Assembly (NCBI GenBank): GCA_964481175.1
Contig: CAYZSZ010000001.1
Coordinates: forward strand, 1,602 to 65,601
Length of the DNA: 64,000 nucleotides
Reading direction: 5' to 3'
From: an uncultured Candidatus Saccharibacteria bacterium
GTDB taxonomy: Bacteria; Patescibacteriota; Minisyncoccia; Phycocordibacterales; PALSA-1337
Shown: piece after piece, positions 63,972 through 64,000 of the stretch
Numbering within the stretch: position 1 is the first letter of the stretch
Layout: each line of letters starts with the position of its first letter
The notes under the pieces: generated by a model
The model's input: only the letters and a program-made list of their open reading frames with translations
Database searches by the model: none
What the model was told of the DNA's origin: nothing
Made by a program: the position numbers and the translations under genes

Positions 63972-64000
63972 ATACGATAAGTATTACTGGGATATCATAG

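Overview
A compact, gene-dense, AT-rich bacterial segment. Its content and style point to a Patescibacteria/CPR (Parcubacteria-like) genome (inference): short AlaRS, DnaJ and L13, many apparently leaderless genes, and no biosynthetic or respiratory genes in this window. The housekeeping backbone includes mltG-mnmA-alaS, the infA-rpmJ-rpsMKD-rpoA-rplQ-rplM-rpsI cluster, grpE-dnaK-dnaJ, trpS-scpAB, ftsW-murG, gltX, rpmA/rplI, cysS, dnaB-recR, rplU, rmuC, ddl, tRNA-Glu(CTC), murF-ftsI-ftsL-rsmH-mraZ, lysS and greA. The most unusual elements are: (1) an array of five phospho-histidine swivel-domain proteins at 49.7-56.3 kb, where only one carries an ATP-grasp domain, the N-terminal domains are hypervariable and the 3' DNA of four copies is nearly identical, with His-phosphatase and LMW-phosphatase genes beside it; (2) two copies of a module made of 11-bp direct repeats, a small putative nuclease gene and a convergent, separately promoted three-way-junction sRNA (candidate RNA-antitoxin TA system); (3) scattered GC-rich single-gene cassettes, most with their own sigma70 promoter and hairpin+terminator, including a foreign-looking sigma70 factor; (4) a stand-alone ~140-nt structured RNA between grpE and dnaK; (5) an in-frame TAA inside dnaK. 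No CRISPR array, integrase, transposase or rRNA was seen. All calls were made by eye from the sequence, without database searches.
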